17,539 bases of DNA, from assembly GCA_965223855.1 (NCBI GenBank), contig CBDCXM010000001.1, positions 1 to 17,539 of the forward strand, in the 5' to 3' direction. Positions 1 through 7,120 of the stretch are shown here, in pieces. Both the position numbers and the translations under genes were made by a program. Within the stretch, counting starts at the first letter, position 1. Each line of letters begins with the position of its first letter. This DNA comes from Candidatus Multivoradales bacterium (lineage in GTDB: Bacteria; Acidobacteriota; Thermoanaerobaculia; Multivoradales; JAHEKO01). The notes beneath the pieces were generated by a model. The model was not told the DNA's origin, did not search any database, and saw only the letters and a list, made by a program, of their open reading frames with translations.

Positions 1-47
1 TGGCGCTCAAGGGCGAGCTGCCCGGCGTCACCAAGGCGAGCTGGTAG
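1..47 (+). CDS. rpsN: 30S ribosomal protein S14, 3' end only (gene starts before the window)
   Basis: Frame from position 3 reads ALKGELPGVTKASW* (TAG 45-47), the characteristic C-terminus of uS14. Too short to appear in the ORF track. Confidence 0.9.
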   Translation, partial: ALKGELPGVTKASW

Positions 48-70
48 GCCGCGCGCATCGACCTGGACTG

Positions 71-97
71 AGGCCCGCCGCTACGGCGGGCCTTTTT
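71..97 (+). terminator. Rho-independent terminator of rpsN
   Basis: Perfect 10-bp stem AGGCCCGCCG (71-80) / CGGCGGGCCT (84-93) with a CTA loop, running into the TTTTT tract (93-97), 23 nt after the rpsN stop. Confidence 0.9.
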
Positions 98-300
98 CGT
101 GGCGACGGGCCGGTAGCGGCGTAGTGTCATCACTCCCGCCCAACTGGGAGAAGTTGCCATGTCAAATCGAGGAAGGCGGGTGCGACGAGCTCGCCACGCC
201 AGTGAGGCTCCCGGCCTCCGCTCGAGCTTTGGTCTGTGGACCCGCCCCGACGGCCGGCGCAGGCCGCTACCGAGCCTCCAGCCGCATCGCTCGAAGCAGC

Positions 301-332
301 GGGGAACCGTCTCGAGCTAGTGAGACGTCCCC
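301..332. other. Hairpin just downstream of the 348..995 gene (possible 3' stabiliser or atypical terminator)
   Basis: GGGGA-ac-CGTCTC-gagctagt-GAGACG-TCCCC inverted repeat 15 nt past the stop codon. It has no clear U-tract. Confidence 0.4.
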
Positions 333-347
333 GGAAGCGGCGCCGGC

Positions 348-995
348 CTACTCGACCGTGAACCCTTGGAGCATCACCGGTATGTCAGCGACGACGCCGA
401 ACGCTCGCACCATGAAGTAACCGCCGACAATCTGCCCGTTGCCACCGGCCGGGTTCGGGATCGGCGGCACTGATGGGTGATTGTCCCAATTGGTCACGTA
501 CGAGCCGATCGCGGACGGATTCGGATCCACGGCGATCCAGTCGGCCAAGATGTCGGTGCCTGTGCTGTAGGCCACGAAGATGTTGCCGGGGCCTTCGAAC
601 CTGACGGGTGGGAAGGTCACCGAAGTGAAGTTCACCCCGTCCACGCTCGCTACGGTCGCTGGAATGGTTGCACGATGCGTCGCCGGGCCGTTGAAGAAGT
701 CACCATCCAGATCCTCGTACAAGAAGATCGTGTACGGGTCACCCACATCGATTCCAACCACACCAGGCACCCACATGATGTCCACCCGATCGAGCTCCAA
801 TGGGAACTCAGTCGGTGTGAACTCGTTTAGCGCAAGAGCCGGGGACGAGCCACCGAAGTTGTCGGGTCCAGGCGTTCCATCGTCGTAGATGAACGCCACC
901 GGGTCTCCGGGCGGCGCCGTCTGCGCCAATGTCGTTGCGGCCAAGAACAGGCCGAAAGCAGTGAAAACCGCGACTCTTCTGAAGCCAGTCCACAT
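348..995 (-). CDS. Secreted hypothetical protein (215 aa) with C-terminal PVxLQxFxVE motif
   Basis: Sec signal peptide MWTGFRRVAVFTAFGLFLAATTLA|Q and SD-like GAGGTAAGG upstream of the ATG. The mature part is acidic and beta-strand-like (YDDG motif near its N-terminus) and ends ...DIPVMLQGFTVE*. Confidence 0.8.
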   Translation of the reverse strand: MWTGFRRVAVFTAFGLFLAATTLAQTAPPGDPVAFIYDDGTPGPDNFGGSSPALALNEFTPTEFPLELDRVDIMWVPGVVGIDVGDPYTIFLYEDLDGDFFNGPATHRATIPATVASVDGVNFTSVTFPPVRFEGPGNIFVAYSTGTDILADWIAVDPNPSAIGSYVTNWDNHPSVPPIPNPAGGNGQIVGGYFMVRAFGVVADIPVMLQGFTVE

Positions 996-1252
996 GGAGC
1001 CTTACCTCGAATCGACGGAGGGTCACTCGGATGTTTGTGTTCGGAGGTTCTGCGATGAAGCGTAGCAGCCACGGCCCAGCCGGATTGTCGGCGTTCAAGT
1101 CGCCAAGATCTCGTTCAGGTGATCTTCCCGGTATAGATCCCAGTCGTCGTCCGGGAGCACGTCGGACGCGTTCACCTCGTGCGGGGATACGACTCTTAGT
1201 CGGCCACTCGCATGGCATTCTTCCGGTTCCAATCGATCCTGGAGGAATCGCC

Positions 1253-2863
1253 ATGCTGAATCGACGCACCCTTCTCAAGGCCGGTGCAACGGGACTCGCT
1301 ACGACCACCGTCTTGCCCGGAGAGACTTCGGCCTCGGACACGATCGACGCCGGACCGCCGCCGTTCCGTTACGAGGACTGGGGCATTGCGGACTTCCAAA
1401 ATGCTATGGAACGAGGGGAGCTCAGCTCCGCCGGGCTCACACGCGACTACCTCCAACGGACGGATCGGGCTCGACGCCTGCGCGCCGTCCTCGAAGTCAA
1501 CCCCGACGCCGAAGAAATAGCGACCCGCAGGGACGCCGAACGCAAAGACGGCCGGGTGCGTGGCCCTCTCCACGGGATCCCGATCCTCCTCAAGGACAAC
1601 ATCGCCACCGCGGACAGGACTTCGACGACCGCCGGATCGCTCGCGCTCGAGGGATCGCGGCCGGTTCGCCACTCCGCCGTTGCCGCTCGCCTCGAGGCGG
1701 CCGGCGCCGTGCTCCTCGGCAAGGCGAACCTGAGCGAGTGGGCCAACATCCGTTCGAGCCGCTCGTCGAGCGGCTGGAGCGCGCGCGGCGGCCAGACCCG
1801 CAACCCCTACGTGCTCGACCGCAGCCCGTGCGGCTCGAGCTCGGGCTCGGGAGCGGCCGCCGCCGCCAATCTGTGCGCCGCGGCGATCGGAACCGAGACC
1901 AACGGCTCGATCGTCTGTCCTAGCTCGGCCAACGGCATCGTCGGACTCAAGCCGACGGTCGGCCTCGTCGGCAGAAGCGGCATCGTCCCGATCTCGCACA
2001 GCCAGGACACGGCCGGGCCGATGACCCGCACCGTCACCGACGCCGCCCATCTCCTGGCGGCGCTGGTCGGCGTCGACGAGCGCGACCCGGCCACGGCGGG
2101 CGCGGCGCGCCACGATCCGGCAATGTATCTCGAGGCACTCGACCCCTCCGCGCTCGAAGGAGCCCGAATCGGCGTCGCTCGCAATTTCTTCGGTTTCCAC
2201 GAGAAGGTCGACGCGCTCATGGAGTCCGCTCTCGACGCCATGCGGGACGCCGGAGCGGTTGTGATCGACGAACTCGAGCTCGATCTGTCCGCTCTGCGAG
2301 GCAAGAGCCTCGACGTGCTGCTGTATGAGCTCAAGGCCGGTCTCGACGCCTACCTGTCCGATCCCGACATGCGCGCTCCCGTCTCCTCACTCGAGGAGGT
2401 CATCGCCTTCAACGAAGCGAATCGGGCCAGTGAGATGCCGTTCTTCGAGCAGGAGCTGTTCCTCCAGGCACAGGAGAAGGGCGATCTGACCACGCCGGAG
2501 TACCTGGAGGCGCTGGAGGTCTGCCGCCGGGTGACCCGTGAGGAGGGGATCGACCGACTCGTTACGGAGAACCGGCTCGACGCCCTCGTCGCGCCGACCG
2601 GTGGCCCCGCCTGGCCGATCGACCTCGTCAACGGCGACCACTTCGGCGGCGGCAGCTCGACGCCCGCAGCGATCGCCGGGTACCCCAACCTCACCGTCCC
2701 CGCCGGAGCGGTCTTCGGCCTCCCCGTGGGGATCTCCTTCTTCGGTCCGGCGTTCACCGAAGCACGTCTGCTTTCACTCGGCTACGCCTTCGAGCAGGCG
2801 ACGCTCCATCGCAAGCCGCCACAGTTCCTGCCGACCCTGGCCTACGACCGGAAAGACGCCTGA
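1253..2863 (+). CDS. Amidase-signature family enzyme (peptide amidase-like), Tat-exported
   Basis: Start reassigned to ATG 1253 (GGAGGA at 1241-1246). Twin-arginine signal MLNRRTLLK. GPLHGIPILLKDNI carries the catalytic Lys, and CGSSSGS and GTETNGSIVCP complete the Ser-cisSer-Lys triad. Also GIVGLKPTVG and the C-terminal GLPVGISFFG. Confidence 0.93.
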   Translation: MLNRRTLLKAGATGLATTTVLPGETSASDTIDAGPPPFRYEDWGIADFQNAMERGELSSAGLTRDYLQRTDRARRLRAVLEVNPDAEEIATRRDAERKDGRVRGPLHGIPILLKDNIATADRTSTTAGSLALEGSRPVRHSAVAARLEAAGAVLLGKANLSEWANIRSSRSSSGWSARGGQTRNPYVLDRSPCGSSSGSGAAAAANLCAAAIGTETNGSIVCPSSANGIVGLKPTVGLVGRSGIVPISHSQDTAGPMTRTVTDAAHLLAALVGVDERDPATAGAARHDPAMYLEALDPSALEGARIGVARNFFGFHEKVDALMESALDAMRDAGAVVIDELELDLSALRGKSLDVLLYELKAGLDAYLSDPDMRAPVSSLEEVIAFNEANRASEMPFFEQELFLQAQEKGDLTTPEYLEALEVCRRVTREEGIDRLVTENRLDALVAPTGGPAWPIDLVNGDHFGGGSSTPAAIAGYPNLTVPAGAVFGLPVGISFFGPAFTEARLLSLGYAFEQATLHRKPPQFLPTLAYDRKDA

Positions 2864-2957
2864 TCCGCGGTAGGATTCCGTCGTCCAGGGGCAGCGTGGC
2901 CGCGCCGCCTCTCCACCCCGAGTTCGACCCCTTCACCCTGAGTCGAAAGGTCCAGAC

Positions 2958-4211
2958 ATGCGTCGTCTCCTTCTCTCCTACGTTGTCCTGTCTCTCGCGG
3001 CGCTGACCGCTACCGCCCAGGTCGGTCGGGTGACCGGTAAGGTCCTCGATCTCGACGGAGAACCGCTGCAGGGCGTCGAAGTCAGTCTCGTCGACGTCGA
3101 GTCCGGCGCGTCCGTCAGCACCGAGACGAGCAAACGGGGTCGTTTCGCCCTCGCAGTGCGCGACTACTCCCGCGACTACGACGTGGTCCTCCGGCTCGAC
3201 GGCTACCAGCTCATCCGCGAATCGATCCGCCTCATCCCGAACGACCCGGTGATCGGCGAATGGACGATGGAGCCGGGGGACTCGGGCGGCGCCGTGCCGG
3301 GGCTCGACCTGACGCCCGAGGAGCTTCAGGCCAAGCAGGCTGCGGTCGATCAGTACAACGCCGGAGTCAAGGCCTACAACGAGGGAGATCTGGAGGCCGC
3401 CGCCGTCGCTTTCGACGCCGCCATCGCCGAGGACCCGGAGCTCCAGGAGGCGTACGACATCGCGGCGGTGCTCCACATCCGTACCGGCAACAACGAACGT
3501 GCGCTCGAGCTGGCCGAGCAGATCCTCGTTACCCGACCGGACGAGGCGCGCGCCCTTGGCGTGCGCTACGACGCGCTGTACGCGCTCGGCCGTGAAGCCG
3601 AAGCCGACAGCGCGCTCGACGATCTCGTCGCCAAGGTGATCGACGGCGAGACCGCCAAGCGCGCCTACAACCGGGGCCTGGCCCTGGCGCGCGACTCCCG
3701 CTTCGACGACGCCGTGCCGCGGGTCGAGCAGGCGCTCGAGATCGACCCGGCACTGGTGCCCGCCTGGGGTCTTCTCGGGGATCTCGAGATCGGGCGAGGC
3801 AACTTCGAGCGGGCGATCGAGGCCGGCGACGCCCTCGCCGCCATCGAAGGCTCCGAGGAGCGCGGACTGTCGCTGCGCCACCGCGCCTGCGAGGGGATGG
3901 GCGACAAGGAGTGCGCCATGGCGGCGTTGCGCGGCCTCGCCGAGCTCAATCCTGACGCCGTGATCAACAGTCGCTTCGAGCGCGGCCAGGACCTCTTCGA
4001 CTCGAACCAGCCGGAAGAAGCCGCCAAGCTGTTCCGCGAGGTGGTCGAACTGCAGCCGGACAACGGCCTGGCGCACTACCGGCTCGGCCTCTGCCTGCTC
4101 AGCGCCGGCGACACGGCGACCGCGCGCACCCACCTCGAGCGCTTTGTGGAGCTCGAGCCCGAGCACCCCGAAGCGGCCTCGGCCCGGGACATGCTCGGCT
4201 ACATCGAGTAG
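2958..4211 (+). CDS. Secreted protein with N-terminal carboxypeptidase-regulatory-like domain and TPR repeats
   Basis: Signal peptide MRRLLLSYVVLSLAALTATA|Q. GRVTGKVLDLDGEPLQGVEV...T+T+KRGRF is a CarboxypepD_reg-like beta-sandwich. Multiple TPR units follow, e.g. YNAGVKAYNEGDLEAAAVAFDAAIAEDP and AHYRLGLCLLSAGDTATARTHLERFVELEP. Confidence 0.85.
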   Translation: MRRLLLSYVVLSLAALTATAQVGRVTGKVLDLDGEPLQGVEVSLVDVESGASVSTETSKRGRFALAVRDYSRDYDVVLRLDGYQLIRESIRLIPNDPVIGEWTMEPGDSGGAVPGLDLTPEELQAKQAAVDQYNAGVKAYNEGDLEAAAVAFDAAIAEDPELQEAYDIAAVLHIRTGNNERALELAEQILVTRPDEARALGVRYDALYALGREAEADSALDDLVAKVIDGETAKRAYNRGLALARDSRFDDAVPRVEQALEIDPALVPAWGLLGDLEIGRGNFERAIEAGDALAAIEGSEERGLSLRHRACEGMGDKECAMAALRGLAELNPDAVINSRFERGQDLFDSNQPEEAAKLFREVVELQPDNGLAHYRLGLCLLSAGDTATARTHLERFVELEPEHPEAASARDMLGYIE

Positions 4212-4217
4212 CCCGAC

Positions 4218-5330
4218 ATGAAGACCCGAACTCTACTGGCGGCGGTCGTCGCCCTGGCGTGGCTTCCGCTCTCCGAGGCGACAGCGGAGACAGAGGACGA
4301 GTCCCGCTTCCTCTCGAAGACCCGCCGGCTCACCTTCGAGGGCCGCCGCGCCGGCGAGGGCTACTTCTCTCCCGACGGCTCGGTGATGGTCTTCCAGAGC
4401 GAGCGGGAGCCGGGAAATCCCTTCTACCAGATCTACCGGCTCGATCTCGAGACCGGAGACACCGAGCGGGTCTCGCCGGGCCACGGCAAGACGACCTGCC
4501 CGTTCGTACGGCCCGGGAGCGACGACGTCCAGTTCGCCTCGACCCATCACGACCCCGCATCGCTCGACCTCCAGCAGCAGGAGCTGGACTTCCGCGCCTC
4601 GGGTGAGGAGCGGCGCTACTCATGGGACTACGACCCCGAGATGGATCTCTACGTGACGAGCGAGGACGGCTACCGCCGGCTCACCGATGCGCGCGGCTAC
4701 GACGCCGAGGCGAGCTACTCGCCCGACGGTGAGTGGATCGTCTTCTCTTCGATGCGCGACGCGTACAACCGCGAGCTTTCGGCCGAGGAGGCGGCGATCC
4801 TCGAGAACGACCCGTCCTACTTCGGCGAGCTCTACCTGATGCGCGCCGACGGTTCCGGCGAGCGGCGGCTCACCGACACCCCCGGCTACGACGGCGGGCC
4901 GTTCTTCTTCCCCGACGGGTCGCGCATCATCTGGCGCCGCTTCGACGAGAGCGGCCTCACCGCCGACGTCTACTCGATGCTGCCGGACGGCAGCGACGTC
5001 CTCAGGCTGACCGACTTCGGCGCCATGAGCTGGGCACCCTACGTGCACCCTTCGGGCGAGTACGTCTTCTTCGCCTCGAACAAGCTCGGATTCTCGAACT
5101 TCGAGGTCTACATGGTGGACGTCGCCGGGACGAGAGAGCCGGTGCGCGTGACCACGACCGACGGCTTCGACGGCCTGCCCGTGCCGACGCCTGACGGCAG
5201 GCGACTCAGCTGGACCTCCACCCGGCACGGCGGCGACGGCGGCCAGATCTACATCGCCGACTGGAATCACGACGCGGCGGTCGCGGCCCTGGCCGCGGCA
5301 CCGCTGCGAACTGCGGAGACCGAAGAATGA
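4218..5330 (+). CDS. TolB-like PD40/WD40 beta-propeller periplasmic protein
   Basis: Signal peptide plus repeated PD40-like motifs: EGYFSPDG..MVFQS, EASYSPDGEWIVFSS, GPFFFPDGSRIIW, APYVHPSGEYVFFAS, LPVPTPDGRRLSWTS. It lacks the TolB N-terminal domain and has no tol-pal context, so it is not called tolB. Confidence 0.88.
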   Translation: MKTRTLLAAVVALAWLPLSEATAETEDESRFLSKTRRLTFEGRRAGEGYFSPDGSVMVFQSEREPGNPFYQIYRLDLETGDTERVSPGHGKTTCPFVRPGSDDVQFASTHHDPASLDLQQQELDFRASGEERRYSWDYDPEMDLYVTSEDGYRRLTDARGYDAEASYSPDGEWIVFSSMRDAYNRELSAEEAAILENDPSYFGELYLMRADGSGERRLTDTPGYDGGPFFFPDGSRIIWRRFDESGLTADVYSMLPDGSDVLRLTDFGAMSWAPYVHPSGEYVFFASNKLGFSNFEVYMVDVAGTREPVRVTTTDGFDGLPVPTPDGRRLSWTSTRHGGDGGQIYIADWNHDAAVAALAAAPLRTAETEE

Positions 5331-7120
5331 AGCAGGCCACCTGGACCCTCCTGGCACCGGCGCTCCTTGCACTGGCGATCGTCGTCCCCCTGGCGGCCGA
5401 CGAAGGTCGCTTGCGCGAGGACGTCGGCTATCTAGCCTCTCCCGATCTCGAGGGGCGCCTCACCGGCAGCGACGGCGCCCGCGCGGCCGCCGCCTATCTC
5501 GTAGCGGAGCTCCAGGAGGCCGGAGCGACTCCGCTGCCCGGCCGCGACGGCTTCGAACTGCCGTTCGAGTTCACCGCCGGCACCAACGACGGCGGCTCGT
5601 CGGTCACGACCGCAGGCCAGGCGTTCACGGGAGGCGACGACGTCGTCGCCCTCTCCTTCTCCGAGTCCGACTCGGTCACCGGCGAGGTCGTCTTCGCCGG
5701 CTACGGCCTCGAGATCCCGGAGTCCCAGGGCTACCCCTACGACAGCTACGCGGGGCTCGACGTCGAGGGCAAGATCGTGCTGATCCTGCGCTATTTCCCC
5801 GAGGACGTCGATCAGGAGACGCGCGCGATCCTGTCGCGCTACTCCGGGTTGCGCTACAAGGCGCGGGCGGCGCGTGAGCGCGGCGCGACCGGCATGCTGA
5901 TCGCCACAGGCCCGCGCTCCCCCAACGCCGGAGCGACGATCCCGATGGCGTTCGACACGGCCGTCGCCGGCTCGGACGTCATCGCCGCGAGCATCAGCGG
6001 CTCCGTAGCGGCGGCGCTCTTCGACCAGGTCGAGGGCAAGGACCTCGAGAGTGCGCAGGAGGCGCTCGACAGCGGCAATCCCCACGTCACCGGCTTCCCG
6101 CTCGAAGGCGTCGAGGTGACGCTCTCGACCGCCGTCGAACGGGAACGAAAAACCGGCTACAACGTCGCCGGAATCGTGCCGGGAGGCCGCGGCGAAGGCG
6201 ACAAGCCGTGGGTCCTCGTCGGCGCGCACTACGACCACCTCGGTCGTGGAGGCGGCGGCAACTCGCTCGCCGGCAAGGACGAGCAGGACCAGGTTCACCA
6301 CGGTGCCGACGACAACGCCTCCGGCACCGCCGCCGTGCTCGAAGTCGCCCGGCGGCTGGCGGGCACCGATCTGCGTCGCTCCGTCGCCGTCGCCTTCTGG
6401 TCGGGAGAGGAGCTCGGCCTGCTCGGTGCCAGCGCCTTCGTCAAGGAGATCGACCCACAGGCGATCGCCGCCTACATCAATCTCGACATGGTCGGCCGGC
6501 CGCGCGAGAACCGCATCACCCTCCAGGCGATGGGGACGAGCTCGGTGTGGCCGTCGGTCGTCGAGCGGGCCAACGTGCCCGTCGGCTTCGACATCACGAC
6601 CATGGACGATCCGTACCTGCCGACCGACAGCTCGGCATTCCACCAGGCGGAGGTGCCGACGCTCAACTTCTTCACCGGCAGCCACGAGGACTATCACCGC
6701 CCCGGCGACACGGCGGACAAGATCGACTACCCGGAGCTCGACCGGGTGGCGAAGCTCGCCACCCTCGTCACCCGGCGGGTCGCCGAGCTGGAAGCGGCGC
6801 CCGACTTCATCCACGTCAAGCCGCAGCGGCAGGAGGGCGGTGACCGCGACTCGGTGCGCGCCTTCACCGGCACCATTCCCGACTACGCGACCGAGGTCGA
6901 GGGGCTCCTCCTGTCCGGCGTCATCGAGGGTGGGCCGGCGGACGAGGCCGGCATTCAGGGGGGTGACGTCATCGTCGAGTTCGGCGGTCAGACGATCGCC
7001 AACATCTACGACTACACGTACGCGCTCGATGCGGTGAAGATCGGCGAGCCGATCGACGTGGTGGTGCTGCGCGACGGTGAACGGGTGACGGTGACGATCA
7101 CGCCGCGGGCGAGGAACTGA
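5327..7120 (+). CDS. Secreted M28 family metallopeptidase with PA domain and C-terminal PDZ domain
   Basis: Signal peptide and N-terminal YLASPDLEGR. PA domain VVFAGYG...YAGLDVEGKIVL. M28 zinc motifs GAHYDH, GADDNASG, SGEELG, NLDMVG, HEDYH. PDZ domain GTIPDY...GGPADEAGIQGGDVIV. ATGA overlap with the upstream gene. Confidence 0.92.
   Translation: MKQATWTLLAPALLALAIVVPLAADEGRLREDVGYLASPDLEGRLTGSDGARAAAAYLVAELQEAGATPLPGRDGFELPFEFTAGTNDGGSSVTTAGQAFTGGDDVVALSFSESDSVTGEVVFAGYGLEIPESQGYPYDSYAGLDVEGKIVLILRYFPEDVDQETRAILSRYSGLRYKARAARERGATGMLIATGPRSPNAGATIPMAFDTAVAGSDVIAASISGSVAAALFDQVEGKDLESAQEALDSGNPHVTGFPLEGVEVTLSTAVERERKTGYNVAGIVPGGRGEGDKPWVLVGAHYDHLGRGGGGNSLAGKDEQDQVHHGADDNASGTAAVLEVARRLAGTDLRRSVAVAFWSGEELGLLGASAFVKEIDPQAIAAYINLDMVGRPRENRITLQAMGTSSVWPSVVERANVPVGFDITTMDDPYLPTDSSAFHQAEVPTLNFFTGSHEDYHRPGDTADKIDYPELDRVAKLATLVTRRVAELEAAPDFIHVKPQRQEGGDRDSVRAFTGTIPDYATEVEGLLLSGVIEGGPADEAGIQGGDVIVEFGGQTIANIYDYTYALDAVKIGEPIDVVVLRDGERVTVTITPRARN

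Noticed and set aside
124-420. 98-aa + strand ORF after the terminator
   Set aside because: No SD, low-complexity Ala/Ser/Pro/Arg composition, and it overlaps the 3' end of the better-supported - strand gene.
1031-1252. N-terminal 74-aa extension of the amidase ORF
   Set aside because: The SD and Tat signal point to ATG 1253. The extension is Arg/Pro/Ser-rich read-through of the divergent promoter region.
4218-5330. Calling the PD40 protein tolB
   Set aside because: No TolB N-terminal domain and no tolQRA/pal neighbours. It is coupled to a peptidase instead.
5320-5335. PD40/M28 split as another frameshift artefact of one fused gene
   Set aside because: The second ORF begins with its own complete signal peptide at a classic ATGA overlap.
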